From positions 128,001-192,000 of the forward strand of contig CAWEWF010000005.1 of NCBI GenBank assembly GCA_963812605.1: a stretch of 64,000 nt of DNA, written 5' to 3'. Of the stretch, positions 10,963 to 20,302 are shown piece by piece. The notes under the pieces were generated by a model. That model had not been told where the DNA came from and searched no databases. It worked only from the letters and a program-made list of their open reading frames with translations. Made by a program: the position numbers and the translations under genes. Numbering within the stretch: position 1 is the first letter of the stretch; the number at the start of each line of letters is the position of its first letter. The DNA comes from an uncultured Verrucomicrobiae bacterium (GTDB lineage Bacteria; Verrucomicrobiota; Verrucomicrobiia; Palsa-1439).

Positions 10963-11155
10963 CTGCTGACACGATACGCCTGAATTCGAAACGAGACTAT
11001 CCGCTTCTTGCGGTCAAAGTGGGGGATGAGGGGACACTGAGAGTACGAACGAATATCTTTCCTCTGGACATCGAATTCCGATAGTGGTAGGATTGGGCGT
11101 GTTTTTTTGATGAACTTACTTCGCGAGGACACTATGACGGACCAGGGCGCAACAT

Positions 11156-11319
11156 CCCTCACCTCAATCCTTTGCCGTACACGACAACGGGTTTGCTGCG
11201 GGAATACGACGTGCAGCGGCTCGCTTCGCTCGTGCTCGGCTCCCCCAAGTGGAGAGGAGGGGAAATCCGCCTTCGCCAAGGCGGAACGCCGCGGGCGGGA
11301 CGCCCACGCCACTATCAGG
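11156..11319. repeat. REP-like palindrome cluster
   Basis: CCCTCACC...CTCCCCC..GGAGAGG unit with an internal insertion, TCCGCCTTCGCCAAGGCGGA, GCGGGCGGGACGCCCACGCCAC. Confidence 0.75.
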
Positions 11320-11572
11320 GGGATCCGCCTTCGCCAGGGCTACGGCGCGACTCGCTGCTGTACGCAGCTCGGGGGCCCTATACGTTTCTGCGAAACGAAC
11401 CCACCGTTTTGCGAGGGCGATTTTGATGTATCATTTTTATTCACAGAAACTTATGCGGTTTGCAGCGGCATTTGCAGGTGGGTTCGTTTTGGAAAAACGA
11501 ACCCAATTTCGGGGGTCTGTGAGGTCGTTTTTATGGGAAAATGGGTTCGTTTCATGGAAACGAAGCCACTGG
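11320..11572 (+). repeat. ~250-bp dispersed repeat with AACGAACCCA/TGGGTTCGTT boxes (copy A)
   Basis: Colinear with the reverse complement of 17577-17827. Confidence 0.85.
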
Positions 11573-11644
11573 GGAACCTCTTGCAGACATGGTTTGAAGA
11601 CGATGTTGGATTGGGTGCAACGGGGTCGGCTGCCACCATGCGGA

Positions 11645-11673
11645 ACGACGGCAAGCGGGACGCTCGCCCTACA
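11645..11673 (-). repeat. GTAG-family REP-like unit
   Basis: Reverse complement reads GTAGGGCGAGCGTCCCGCTTGCCGTCGT; near-identical copies at 9740 and 42210. Confidence 0.85.
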
Positions 11674-11807
11674 AGCGGAAGTGAACAGGTGTGACAGACG
11701 GGGCACCTTACCAAATGAAGGAAAAAAGCTCGCGGCGCTCACCGTGCTTGCGCGGCAGGCGGGTTTCGGGTTTGACGGGAGGGTGATACGAGGGTAATGC
11801 TAGGGGA

Positions 11808-13550
11808 GTGAATCCCGGAATTTTCGCGCGACCTTGGCGACCGTTGGCTCGTACGGGGGTTTGTCTTTGCGGGTTTATTTTACTGGCGGCGGAGGCGCGC
11901 GCGGTGAGCCTGACGCTGGTGGTGACCAACATCACCATGCCCTCGGGACGGACATTTCAGATGCCGTTGACCGGGTCCGATCCGGATGGGCAGCCGCTGA
12001 AGTTCTCCGCTACGGTCAGCAACAAGAAGGCGCTGACGGCGGTCCTGGCGCCCAGCACCAATCCCAGCCTGGTCTTCAACGTGAGCGGCGTGAACTCGAA
12101 CAACCAGGCCTTCACGGGGAACGTGGTCCTCCAGCTTTTTCGAGATCTCACGCCGCTGACGACGGGCCGCATCATCGACCTGGTCAACAGCAATTTCTAC
12201 AACGGCCTGATCTTTCAGCGGGTGATTGCGGGATTCGTGGCCCAGGGAGGCGGTTCGACAACCGATGTCAACTTCGAATCGGGGATGAGCTTCGATGATG
12301 AGTACGTCAGCTCGTTGATCTATGACGGGTTCGGCCAGTTGGGCATGGCCAATCAGGCTCCCACCCGCCACGATTCCAATAACTCACAGTTTTTCATCAC
12401 CGACGTGATTCTTTCGATCGACAATCCGACGAACCCCTCGCCCCAGAACCTGAATTTCGAGCAGCCGATTTTTGGACAACTGACAAGCGGCTTTGATGTG
12501 TTCTCAGAGATCATGTCGACGCCGGTAGGTTCGAATCCGAATAACCCGAATGAAATCAGCTTTCCGGTGTCGAACGTCGTCATCAATACGGCAATGATCA
12601 TCACCAACTCGCAGGACGGGGTGCTGCGGTTGACGGCGGCGCCGAAATTCACCGGTGTGGTGAACGTGACGGTCAGCGCGACGAATGCCGAGGATCAAGT
12701 CGCCACGGAAATGTTCTCGGTCAAGGTCATTATCGATACGAACAACAATTCGCCGCCGTTTCTCGGGCCGATTCCCAGCGACATTGTCCTCACGCAGAAC
12801 ACGGTGGCATCGTTCATCCTCAAGACCACGGACATTGACGGCGATCCCGTGCTCATCGCGGATGGCTATGGGGATTCGTTCCTGTCGACGATGAGCCTCC
12901 AAACCACACAGCCGCTGACGAACATCTTCACTACGTTCGATCTGCACACGCACCAGATTTGGTTCACGCCCGACGTGGCGCTCACCGGTGTGGTAAGCGT
13001 GGTCATCGGCGTGACGGACCCCGCGCATGACCCCAACCTTAATGTCCAGAACCCCGGTTATGACACGCAGATTTTTTCACTCACGTTTCTGCGGCGGAGC
13101 GCGTCGCCGACGATGATGATTACGTCGCTCAAGGGGAGCGTGCAGGATAGCACCAAGCCGGCCAGTGACAGCGTCAACGTGTCGGGCAAATTCACGTTCA
13201 TCGGAGAGTCCGACCACACATTCAGCAGCAATGACGTGATGGCGCTGATGCTTGGCGATCCGACGAATCCATTTACGATATCGATCGGACCGGAAAACAC
13301 CGGCTTCAAGTTTCGTAACGGTGACGTTAATGTAAGCGCGTCGGTGATCCCTGGGTTCTCCAGCAATGTGACCGTCTCGGCGCAGTTCAATAGCCGGAGC
13401 GGCACATTCAAGATCAAGCTCAAAGGCATTGACTTTCCGGTAGCGATCTCCAACCAGGTGCAGATTGGAATTGCGCTTGGTAACAATTACGGGACTGATA
13501 TTCGGACCTGGATCGAAAAAGGGCCCGGCTCGTTTGTGCCGTCGCCGTAA
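11808..13550 (+). CDS. Secreted cyclophilin-type peptidyl-prolyl isomerase with Ig-like repeats
   Basis: Signal peptide; FYNGLIFQRVIAGFVAQGG, LGMAN, NSQFFIT, PIFGQL; DPDGQPL / DIDGDPV cadherin-like motifs. Confidence 0.85.
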   Translation: MNPGIFARPWRPLARTGVCLCGFILLAAEARAVSLTLVVTNITMPSGRTFQMPLTGSDPDGQPLKFSATVSNKKALTAVLAPSTNPSLVFNVSGVNSNNQAFTGNVVLQLFRDLTPLTTGRIIDLVNSNFYNGLIFQRVIAGFVAQGGGSTTDVNFESGMSFDDEYVSSLIYDGFGQLGMANQAPTRHDSNNSQFFITDVILSIDNPTNPSPQNLNFEQPIFGQLTSGFDVFSEIMSTPVGSNPNNPNEISFPVSNVVINTAMIITNSQDGVLRLTAAPKFTGVVNVTVSATNAEDQVATEMFSVKVIIDTNNNSPPFLGPIPSDIVLTQNTVASFILKTTDIDGDPVLIADGYGDSFLSTMSLQTTQPLTNIFTTFDLHTHQIWFTPDVALTGVVSVVIGVTDPAHDPNLNVQNPGYDTQIFSLTFLRRSASPTMMITSLKGSVQDSTKPASDSVNVSGKFTFIGESDHTFSSNDVMALMLGDPTNPFTISIGPENTGFKFRNGDVNVSASVIPGFSSNVTVSAQFNSRSGTFKIKLKGIDFPVAISNQVQIGIALGNNYGTDIRTWIEKGPGSFVPSP

Positions 13551-13584
13551 ATCTTTGTTGATGTGCGCACCGCAACCAACCGGC

Positions 13585-14364
13585 TCAGGGGAGAGAGTGA
13601 ATCTGGGAAATAGTGATCGTGGGCTGGAGGTGGGCGGCGTGTTCGTAACATTCGAGGGCCTCGCGGTAGCGTTCGAGCCGATTGTAGACGGCCCCCTTGC
13701 CGACGTAGGCATCCGCGAGGGAATCGTCCAATGCGAGGGCGTGGTCGTAGCTGGCGAGGGCTTCATCCAACCGCCCGAGTTGTTCGAGGGCCGCGGCTTT
13801 TTTTACGTGGGCTTTGACATGGTGACTGTCGAGGACGAGAACTTCCTCGAAGCAAACGAGGGCGCGGCCCGGTTGCTTCAGATCGAGGAGGGCTTCTCCC
13901 GTATCCAGCAGGGACGCGAGGCGTTGGATGATTCCATCGGCCGAAGGCGGTACGGGTGGCGGCCTCACCCGCGGGCGTGCGCGGTGCTGGATGGATCGCA
14001 AGGCTGCGCGAACGTAGAACAGGACGGCGACCAGGCTGGCCCCCAAAAGAATGCCGAGGATGATTGTAATGTTTAATTGAGTGCTAAGAGAGCGGACGGT
14101 TTCCGCGTTCTGCTTTGAGGAAGACGCGATCTGCCGCTGGGAATCCTGGACGATTTGAAGGGTGGCTTGCTGTTGCGATTGAATCTGGCCGACGACCTGC
14201 AGGGCAAGGTTTGCCAGACCCGATTTGTCATTGTGTGATGGCGCGACAACAGTTTCGACAACATTGGTCGAAGCTGTCGCGGAGGAGATGGAAAAAAGCG
14301 TGACTATTGCGCAGGCTAGCAAGCCCGCGCAACTCTGGATCCCGCGATACCTCCACGCGGTCAC
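13585..14364 (-). CDS. Membrane-anchored tetratricopeptide repeat protein
   Basis: Signal peptide, coiled coil, TM helix, then three TPRs (ALEQLGRLDEALASYDHALALD). Confidence 0.8.
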   Translation of the reverse strand: MTAWRYRGIQSCAGLLACAIVTLFSISSATASTNVVETVVAPSHNDKSGLANLALQVVGQIQSQQQATLQIVQDSQRQIASSSKQNAETVRSLSTQLNITIILGILLGASLVAVLFYVRAALRSIQHRARPRVRPPPVPPSADGIIQRLASLLDTGEALLDLKQPGRALVCFEEVLVLDSHHVKAHVKKAAALEQLGRLDEALASYDHALALDDSLADAYVGKGAVYNRLERYREALECYEHAAHLQPTITISQIHSLP

Positions 14365-14512
14365 AAGGGGCTTCCGAAGCCGCCAGAGTAGAAAGGACAG
14401 GTGCGAAAAGCAACCTAAATAGTTCTCGCTAAACCCACAGCCCCAGCGGTTTCCTTCGTCGTGGCGGAGCCGTATTGAAGCAAGCCACGCGGGAAGAGTA
14501 TTCTTGGCAGTT

Positions 14513-15277
14513 ATGGATTCCCCTTGGCGTTACGTGATTTTATTTGGGACCGGCCTGGCGGCTGGATTTGTAGACACGGTTGCGGGCGGCGGAGGGCTGA
14601 TTACCTTGCCGGTGCTGCTGAGCCTTGGCTTGGCACCGCAGGACGCATTGGGGACGAATAAATTCCAATCATCTTTTGGCTCGGGCAGCGCAACATTTCA
14701 CTATGCCCGCGCCGGGGTGGTCGACCTCCAAGAATGCTGGCGGGGTATTTTGTTCACGCTCATCGGAACTTCGCTCGGGGCGCTGACGGTGTTGTGGATT
14801 GACCCGGCGTTTTTGAGGCAATTGATCCCAATCCTGCTGGTGGGGATCGCCCTTTACTTGTTGATGAAACCAAGAGTCGGGTTCGAAGAGATCCGGCCGC
14901 GGATGACAACCGGGATATTTTACCTGCTCTTTGGACTGGGCTTGGGATTTTACGATGGGTTCTTCGGCCCCGGCACCGGATCCTTCTGGGCCATGGCGTT
15001 CATGTGCTTTCTGGGGTTTAACATGACCAAGGCGACGGGCTACACCAAAGCGATGAACTTTACCAGCAACCTGTTCTCGCTGGTTATATTCATGGTCGGC
15101 GGGCGCGTCCACTACGACTACGGCGTGGTCATGGCGGCGGGACAACTGGTTGGTGCGCGTTTCGGTGCCCGTGCGGTGATCCAGCGGGGAACCAGGTTTA
15201 TTCGCCCGGTGTTCCTCACCGTGGTCATGGCCCTCACGCTGAAGCTGTTATACGATGGATATTCGTCGCCCCGGTGA
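14513..15277 (+). CDS. TSUP (TauE/SafE/YfcA) family transporter
   Basis: AGFVDTVAGGGGLITLP, ALGTNK, GFYDGFFGPGTGSF. Confidence 0.92.
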   Translation: MDSPWRYVILFGTGLAAGFVDTVAGGGGLITLPVLLSLGLAPQDALGTNKFQSSFGSGSATFHYARAGVVDLQECWRGILFTLIGTSLGALTVLWIDPAFLRQLIPILLVGIALYLLMKPRVGFEEIRPRMTTGIFYLLFGLGLGFYDGFFGPGTGSFWAMAFMCFLGFNMTKATGYTKAMNFTSNLFSLVIFMVGGRVHYDYGVVMAAGQLVGARFGARAVIQRGTRFIRPVFLTVVMALTLKLLYDGYSSPR

Positions 15278-15307
15278 ACGAAATTGATCGCAAGCAGCCG
15301 ATGACCG

Positions 15308-16028
15308 TCACTTCATGGCGGTATACACGCGGTGGACGTTGTCATGTTCATCGATGGCGGTAAGGAAGGCGATGACTTCCGGGCGTTGCGCTTCGGGAAC
15401 TTCGACGGTGTTCTTGGCAACGTAACTCATCTCGGAAGCGGTGACCATCCAGCCGGTCTTTCGACAAGAACTTGCTCACGGCATCCAGGTCGGCGCGGTC
15501 GCAAAAAAAGCGCGCGCCGAGTTGGCCCTCCGGCACGTCATGAGTTTCCGTCTCGACGTTTTGCGCGCCGGCCTCGATGGCGACCGTTTCGAGGTCCTGC
15601 GCAGCATCCGCATGATGGGCCTCAACGACACCGACGTGGTTGAACATCCAGGCGACGCTGCCGATGGCGCCGAGTTGGCCGGCCTTGAAAAGCACGCGAA
15701 TCTCCGGCGCAGTACGGCTGCGATTATCGGTGAGGCACTCGACGATCACGGGGACCTTGTGCGGGGCGAAGCCTTCATAGGTGACGAGTTCGTAGTGGAC
15801 CTGCTCGCCCGTGAGGCCGGCGCCTTTTTTCACGGCCCGCTCGATGGTGTCGCGGGGCACGGAATGTTTCTTGGCAGCCTCAATGGCCGCGAACAACCGC
15901 GCGTTCAGGTCAGGATCGGCGCCGCCGGCTTTGGCCGCGACGACGATTTCCTTGGCGAGCTTGCCGAACACCTGTCCCCGTTTGAGCGCGCTCGCTTCAC
16001 GGCCCTTTTGCTTCCATTGTGCACCCAT
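15308..16028 (-). CDS. yebC: YebC/PmpR family protein (frameshift near 3' end)
   Basis: MGAQWKQK...[41 protein letters not shown]; the C-terminus ...[11 protein letters not shown] is in another frame. Confidence 0.9.
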
Positions 16029-16148
16029 GGCGAGCCAGTCATAGCAGTCGGACAAAGGTATGTGCAAGCGCGAAGCGGAAGCTTTCGGGAAAGACGGTTG
16101 TCATGGTGAGCAATTGCGGTTATTTTATTCGGAAAGGAGAACTCGCTT

Positions 16149-16622
16149 ATGAAACGATTCAGCGTGACGATTGCAGTTGTTCTGGGTCTTTGCGCAGCCT
16201 GCGCTGTCAACGCGCCGGCCAAAGACAAAGATGACGACACCAAAGTCGGGGATACCGAGTTTACGGCGTACGACGGATCGCAAAGTTGGCCGACAGCCAG
16301 CAACCCGCAGATCAACAAGGAATATTCCATCCCGATTTACATCGGTCTGCCGGACAAGAGCTACAAGGTCGTTGGCCGCATTACCGACAAACGCCAGGAG
16401 GGCGTCGATGTCGTGGGCAAGGCGTTCGACGAAGGTCTCGGCTCGGAAAAACACCGGATGCGCAACTGCGCGAACCAGGCAAAACAGCACGGGGCTGATG
16501 CCGTGGTTGTCACCGATGACGAGAAAGTGATCAAGGTCTTCAATCTCACGAGGAAAGAATTGCACGAGTCCACGCCGCTCTTCAAGTACGAGCACAGTGT
16601 GGTGCTTGCGGTTAAGTTTTAG
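16149..16622 (+). CDS. Secreted hypothetical protein
   Basis: RBS AAAGGAG, signal peptide, 'AKQHGADAVVV' YbjQ-like motif. Confidence 0.7.
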   Translation: MKRFSVTIAVVLGLCAACAVNAPAKDKDDDTKVGDTEFTAYDGSQSWPTASNPQINKEYSIPIYIGLPDKSYKVVGRITDKRQEGVDVVGKAFDEGLGSEKHRMRNCANQAKQHGADAVVVTDDEKVIKVFNLTRKELHESTPLFKYEHSVVLAVKF

Positions 16623-16651
16623 CGGGTTGCTCGACAAGCTACTGCGACATC

Positions 16652-17135
16652 TCATCTTACCGAGGTAACGCGGAATTCCTGCGCGGGGCCGCGCGTCTGG
16701 AATTTAATGCAATCGCCGACTTTCTTGCCGAGCAGTTGCTGGCCGAGCGGGGATTCGGGAGTGATTACCAGGATTTCGTGTCCCTTGTGGTGGATCTCCA
16801 GGCCGCCGCCTTTCGGGCCGAGGAAATGGAGCGTTGCGCGTTCCCATGGATTCCAGTTCCACCAGCGCGGTGATGTCGATGGGTGTCTTGTCCTGGAACT
16901 TCAGAAGTTCGAGGGCCTGGTACACGGCGAGCGCTTGTTCGGTTTCCGTGGCCATGCGGGCCTGGGAACTGGCGAGGTAGGCCGTCTCCAGGCCGCGGGT
17001 ATCGTATTTGTCCTCGGGCTTGCTCTGCTCATCGGACGCATCGGCATGCATCGCCCGCGAGGCTCCCGCGAGGGTGGTCAACTGCTCGGTGAGCTGTTCG
17101 ATGATCAGCCCGACGATGGCGCGCTTGGAAATCAC
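16652..17135 (-). CDS. GreA/GreB-family elongation-factor-like protein (1 frameshift)
   Basis: EDKYDTRGLETAYLA motif; second frame gives VITPESPLGQQLLGKKVGD. Confidence 0.85.
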
Positions 17136-17158
17136 AGCAATACGCCAATGTGACGGGC

Positions 17159-17374
17159 CTAACTCAGGCGGTAGACAATGCGGGCTTTGCTGAGGTCGTA
17201 CGGCGTCATTTCCATCTTCACGCGGTCGCCAATGGACAGGCGAATGAAGCGCTTGCGCATTTTGCCCGAGATATGGGCCAATACCTGGCGCTTGTTCTGC
17301 AGCTCGACATGAAACATCGTGCCCGGCAGGACTTTCGTCACCACACCTTCGACATCAACGAGTTGGTCCGTCAT
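17159..17374 (-). CDS. infA: Translation initiation factor IF-1
   Basis: [19 protein letters not shown]...[35 protein letters not shown]; 71 aa. Confidence 0.97.
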   Translation of the reverse strand: MTDQLVDVEGVVTKVLPGTMFHVELQNKRQVLAHISGKMRKRFIRLSIGDRVKMEMTPYDLSKARIVYRLS

Positions 17375-17576
17375 AATATTATTCACGATCGCTTTCGTTA
17401 CTACCCAGTTTCCCCCGGGCTCCGACCCCGGCAAGACGCATCAGTCGAACAGGCTCAGTCGGAACCCTTAATAAACCACAATCCACTGGATAACGCAAGC
17501 TACGAAATTGACACGTCGCGATGTCGTTCCCGTCTCTCCCGAACGTGGGAGGGACGTCACTGTCCCGACTCCCCGT

Positions 17577-17827
17577 CAGTGGCTTCGTTCCCTGGAGCGA
17601 CCCCATTTTTCAAAGAACACCCCTCATAAACCGCCCCAAATTGGGTTCGTTTTCCCAAAACGAACCCACCGATTGCTTTACGAATTTCCACCAGAACAAG
17701 CCCATTCATAAGTGGTTACATTAGAAACACCCTCAAAAAACGGTGGGTTCGTTTCGCAGAAACGTATACGGGCCCCGAGTTGCGCACAGCAGCGAGTCTC
17801 GCCGAAGCCCTGGCGAAGGCGGATCCC
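17577..17827 (-). repeat. ~250-bp dispersed repeat with AACGAACCCA/TGGGTTCGTT boxes (copy B)
   Basis: Inverted homolog of 11320-11572. Confidence 0.85.
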
Positions 17828-17849
17828 TCATTAGCGGCATAGGCAGCCT

Positions 17850-17990
17850 GGCCTTCGTAGCGTCCTCGCGAAGTAGGCTCCCCGCCCCGCAGTCTCCTGC
17901 TGTGCGAGTGGCATAGGCGTCCCGCCTGTGGCCTCCGCTCTGAGTGGCCCAGCCGTCTGCATCCGCCCATCCGCTGTAGCCGCGGTCGGT
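17850..17990. repeat. REP-like palindrome cluster, including the left half of the IS target hairpin
   Basis: CCTTCGTAGCGTCCTCGCGAAGTAGG, GTGGCATAGGCGTCCCGCCTGTG, TGTAGCCGCGGTC-GGT. Confidence 0.7.
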
Positions 17991-19462
17991 GCAGCCTGTC
18001 GGACTTATTGTAGATCATACGATGGAAGGTGGCATGGGCGGGTTCGGTTGCCAAGGATTCCTGTTGGTGCGAAGGTTGAGGCGTAACCCTCTCAATTGCC
18101 GCGACTCTGCTTGGCCAGTCTCCGACAATTGAAGGCCAACGCCAAGAGTTGCCACTCGGTTTGTACCTTGCGCAGTCCCCGCAAGTGAAACTGTCGAAAG
18201 CCCAGCACGCTTTTGAGAATCCCAATAACCGGTTCGACGGTGATGGCGCGCAGCCGATATAACGCGCGACCCGTGGCGCTCTCCAAGCGGGCCCGCATCC
18301 GCGCTCGCGCTTGGGCGGTGCGCCGTTGATGGCCGCGCGGTTGCCAGCCGCTCGGTGGTTGTGATGGAGCGGACTGGGGAGAACAGTACACCACCGTGCG
18401 TCCCTGGCGCTCGACCTGGGCGATCTGCCGTTGGTTGTCGAAGCCGGTGTCAGCCAGCACGGCGAAGGGGCAGCCGAGCGAGGGCGCAATCGCCGCCACG
18501 GTGGGCGCCAGTTGGCGTCGGTCACCGGGTTCATCGGTGACACGGGCGGCCACAATCAAGCCGCCGTCGGTGCTCACGGCCAATTGCGCGTTGTAGCCCT
18601 GGATGAATCCTTCGCGGGCCGTGGGCATCAGCCCACTGTCGGGGTCGGTGGTGTTGACACGATCCGTCGGTCGTGGCTCGGCGGGCAACCGACGAGGCGG
18701 ACGACCGGGTTGGTCGGGCGGGTAGTCTTGTTCGGCTTGACGCTGCGCAGCTCGTTGGCGGGTACGCTCGGCCAGTCGTTGGCGCGCGGCCTCCAGTTGC
18801 GCCCGACGGCTCCGACGGCAAGCCAAGGCGGGGGGCAAGCGCGTGCCGTCGTCGCCCTCGGTCGCATCGGCCTGCTCGGCTCGATCCAGCAGTTGATCAA
18901 CTTGCTGGCGCAGCGCGGCCAGTTCCTGTTGCACTTCCGCCTCGGTGCGCGTGGCCCGTTTGCTGGCGCTGGCGCGCAGCTTGGTTCCGTCCAGGCTCAC
19001 AACGCCCAACCGCAACAGCCCCAACTCGCGCGCCAGTTCCAACACCTGGACGAACACCGATTCGATCAGCGGCGTGTTCTCTCGACGAAACTTGGCGATG
19101 GTGTCGTGGTCGGGATGGGTATTGCCGCTGAGATAGCGCACGGACAGATGCCGATACGTCGCCTGCTCGATGCGCCGCGAGCTGAACAGGCCGCTAGCAT
19201 AACAGTACAACAGCACCGCCAGCATCATCGAGGGCGGATACTGTTCGCTGCCCGTGCCGCGGGCGTTGACGGCGGCCAAGCCCAGATCGCTGCTCTCGAC
19301 GGCTTCCAACACGAAGTGGGCAAGGTCATCATCGGCAATCCACTCGCGCAGATCCGGTGGCAACAGCATGGGGGTACAACGGTCAATATTGACGAAGCGA
19401 GCGCTCATGTCCCTTTAGAACTCCGATTGCTTCCCGCGTTCAACTTAAGTCCGACAGGCTGC
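17991..19462 (-). mobile_element. Complete IS1182-family insertion sequence (1472 bp)
   Basis: Perfect 17-bp terminal inverted repeats GCAGCCTGTCGGACTTA (17991-18007 / 19446-19462); GGT flanks both ends. Confidence 0.92.
18092..19408 (-). CDS. IS1182-family DDE transposase
   Basis: LLPPDLREW...YPPSMML..LLYCY..G..SSRRIE, PDHDTIAKFR, LDGTKLRASAS, TDPDS, GYNAQ, ADTGF, VEPVIG.LK; intact frame. Confidence 0.95.
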   Translation of the reverse strand: MSARFVNIDRCTPMLLPPDLREWIADDDLAHFVLEAVESSDLGLAAVNARGTGSEQYPPSMMLAVLLYCYASGLFSSRRIEQATYRHLSVRYLSGNTHPDHDTIAKFRRENTPLIESVFVQVLELARELGLLRLGVVSLDGTKLRASASKRATRTEAEVQQELAALRQQVDQLLDRAEQADATEGDDGTRLPPALACRRSRRAQLEAARQRLAERTRQRAAQRQAEQDYPPDQPGRPPRRLPAEPRPTDRVNTTDPDSGLMPTAREGFIQGYNAQLAVSTDGGLIVAARVTDEPGDRRQLAPTVAAIAPSLGCPFAVLADTGFDNQRQIAQVERQGRTVVYCSPQSAPSQPPSGWQPRGHQRRTAQARARMRARLESATGRALYRLRAITVEPVIGILKSVLGFRQFHLRGLRKVQTEWQLLALAFNCRRLAKQSRGN

Positions 19463-19726
19463 GGTGACCGCGGGTTCTCTTTAACAACAGCCTCCGGTTG
19501 TAGGGCACGCGGCCCGCGTGCCGCCGTGACACAGATAGCTCGGCCCTCAAAGCATCCTCGCGAAGCAGGCTTGAGCGTTCATCTGTTTCCCCGCAACTAT
19601 ACGCATCCCTCAACACCCTGTCCAGCAAAAAATATCGATTTACGATACTAGGGCAGAATCCGCAAGGTGTAGCCCCGTTTCCGTTCGGTTGTAGCTGCGC
19701 TTCTGTGAAGCGCAGATTCTGCGGCC

Positions 19727-19810
19727 CTTACGGATTCTGATTTGAGACATTTGAAGTCGCGATTTGCGATTTCAAATTTGGAACTCTGCCGCCGCATCGG
19801 TTTCAAGTAG
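19727..19810 (+). pseudogene. Internally deleted remnant of an ORF6N-type DNA-binding protein gene
   Basis: Reads LTDSDLRHLKSRFAISN-LELC-RRIGFK*, joining two hallmark ORF6N motifs (LT...LKSQFAIS and terminal RRIGF). Confidence 0.45.
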
Positions 19811-19844
19811 CCGAGCCATCGCTCGCAAACGGCAAAATGGTGAA

Positions 19845-20099
19845 TCAGACCCGGGCATCGTAGGCGTCGTGCGTGCCAATCCAATACCACACGATCAGGT
19901 CACCGCTTTCTTGGCCGAGTGCGCGATATTTCTGCGTGATACGAATTGACCAGACACCAGGACGGACTTCCTTGAAATGGAGCGCCGCATGGAACGGATG
20001 CTCCCGCCAAAGCCGGTATTTCTCCCGCGCGAGTTCCTGGATTTCGACGGGCAACTTCTCAAAACACTTCCAGAACGATGGCAGCGTTTTTGATTTCAA
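19845..20099 (-). CDS. ParE/RelE-like type II toxin
   Basis: MKSKTLPSFWKCFEKLP.EIQ..A...Y.LW...PFH..LHFK....WSIRI...YRALG...WYWIGTH..YD. Confidence 0.85.
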   Translation of the reverse strand: MKSKTLPSFWKCFEKLPVEIQELAREKYRLWREHPFHAALHFKEVRPGVWSIRITQKYRALGQESGDLIVWYWIGTHDAYDARV

Positions 20100-20302
20100 G
20101 GTGGTTCAGAGAGCGGACCACGTTTGATCTCTTCATTGACCCGGTCGGGGACACCCCGGTAGCGCCCGCCTGGACCAAAGTCCTCGGCCATCTTCCTGTC
20201 CCAGTCGTCGTCTTCCCACCCGTTGAACCACTTCGCGATCCGACCCCGCTCGGACAAGGACAGCTTCTCAATTGCCGTTTGGATTTCCTCGACGGTGCTC
20301 AT
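20096..20302 (-). CDS. Cognate antitoxin
   Basis: MSTVEEIQTAIEKLSLSER..IAKWF...DDWDRKMAED; 4-bp overlap with the toxin. Confidence 0.8.
   Translation of the reverse strand: MSTVEEIQTAIEKLSLSERGRIAKWFNGWEDDDWDRKMAEDFGPGGRYRGVPDRVNEEIKRGPLSEPP

Noticed and set aside
11390-11572. CRISPR-like array of AACGAACCCA repeats
   Set aside because: Boxes are only ~10 bp, alternate in orientation and have unequal spacers; no cas genes.
11107-11797. ORFs of 84-195 aa in the 11.1-11.8 kb gap (also 17716-18555)
   Set aside because: They are translations of repeat DNA with no family motifs or RBS.
12525-12542. GGTTCGAATCC tRNA T-arm-like motif
   Set aside because: Lies inside the cyclophilin CDS (codes VGSNP) with no cloverleaf around it.
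17380-17605. Possible tmRNA or other stable RNA on the minus strand (begins GGGGTCG)
   Set aside because: No GGnTTCGAC 5' motif, no T-arm or CCA end, no tag ORF; the 5' part belongs to the 250-bp repeat and a REP unit.
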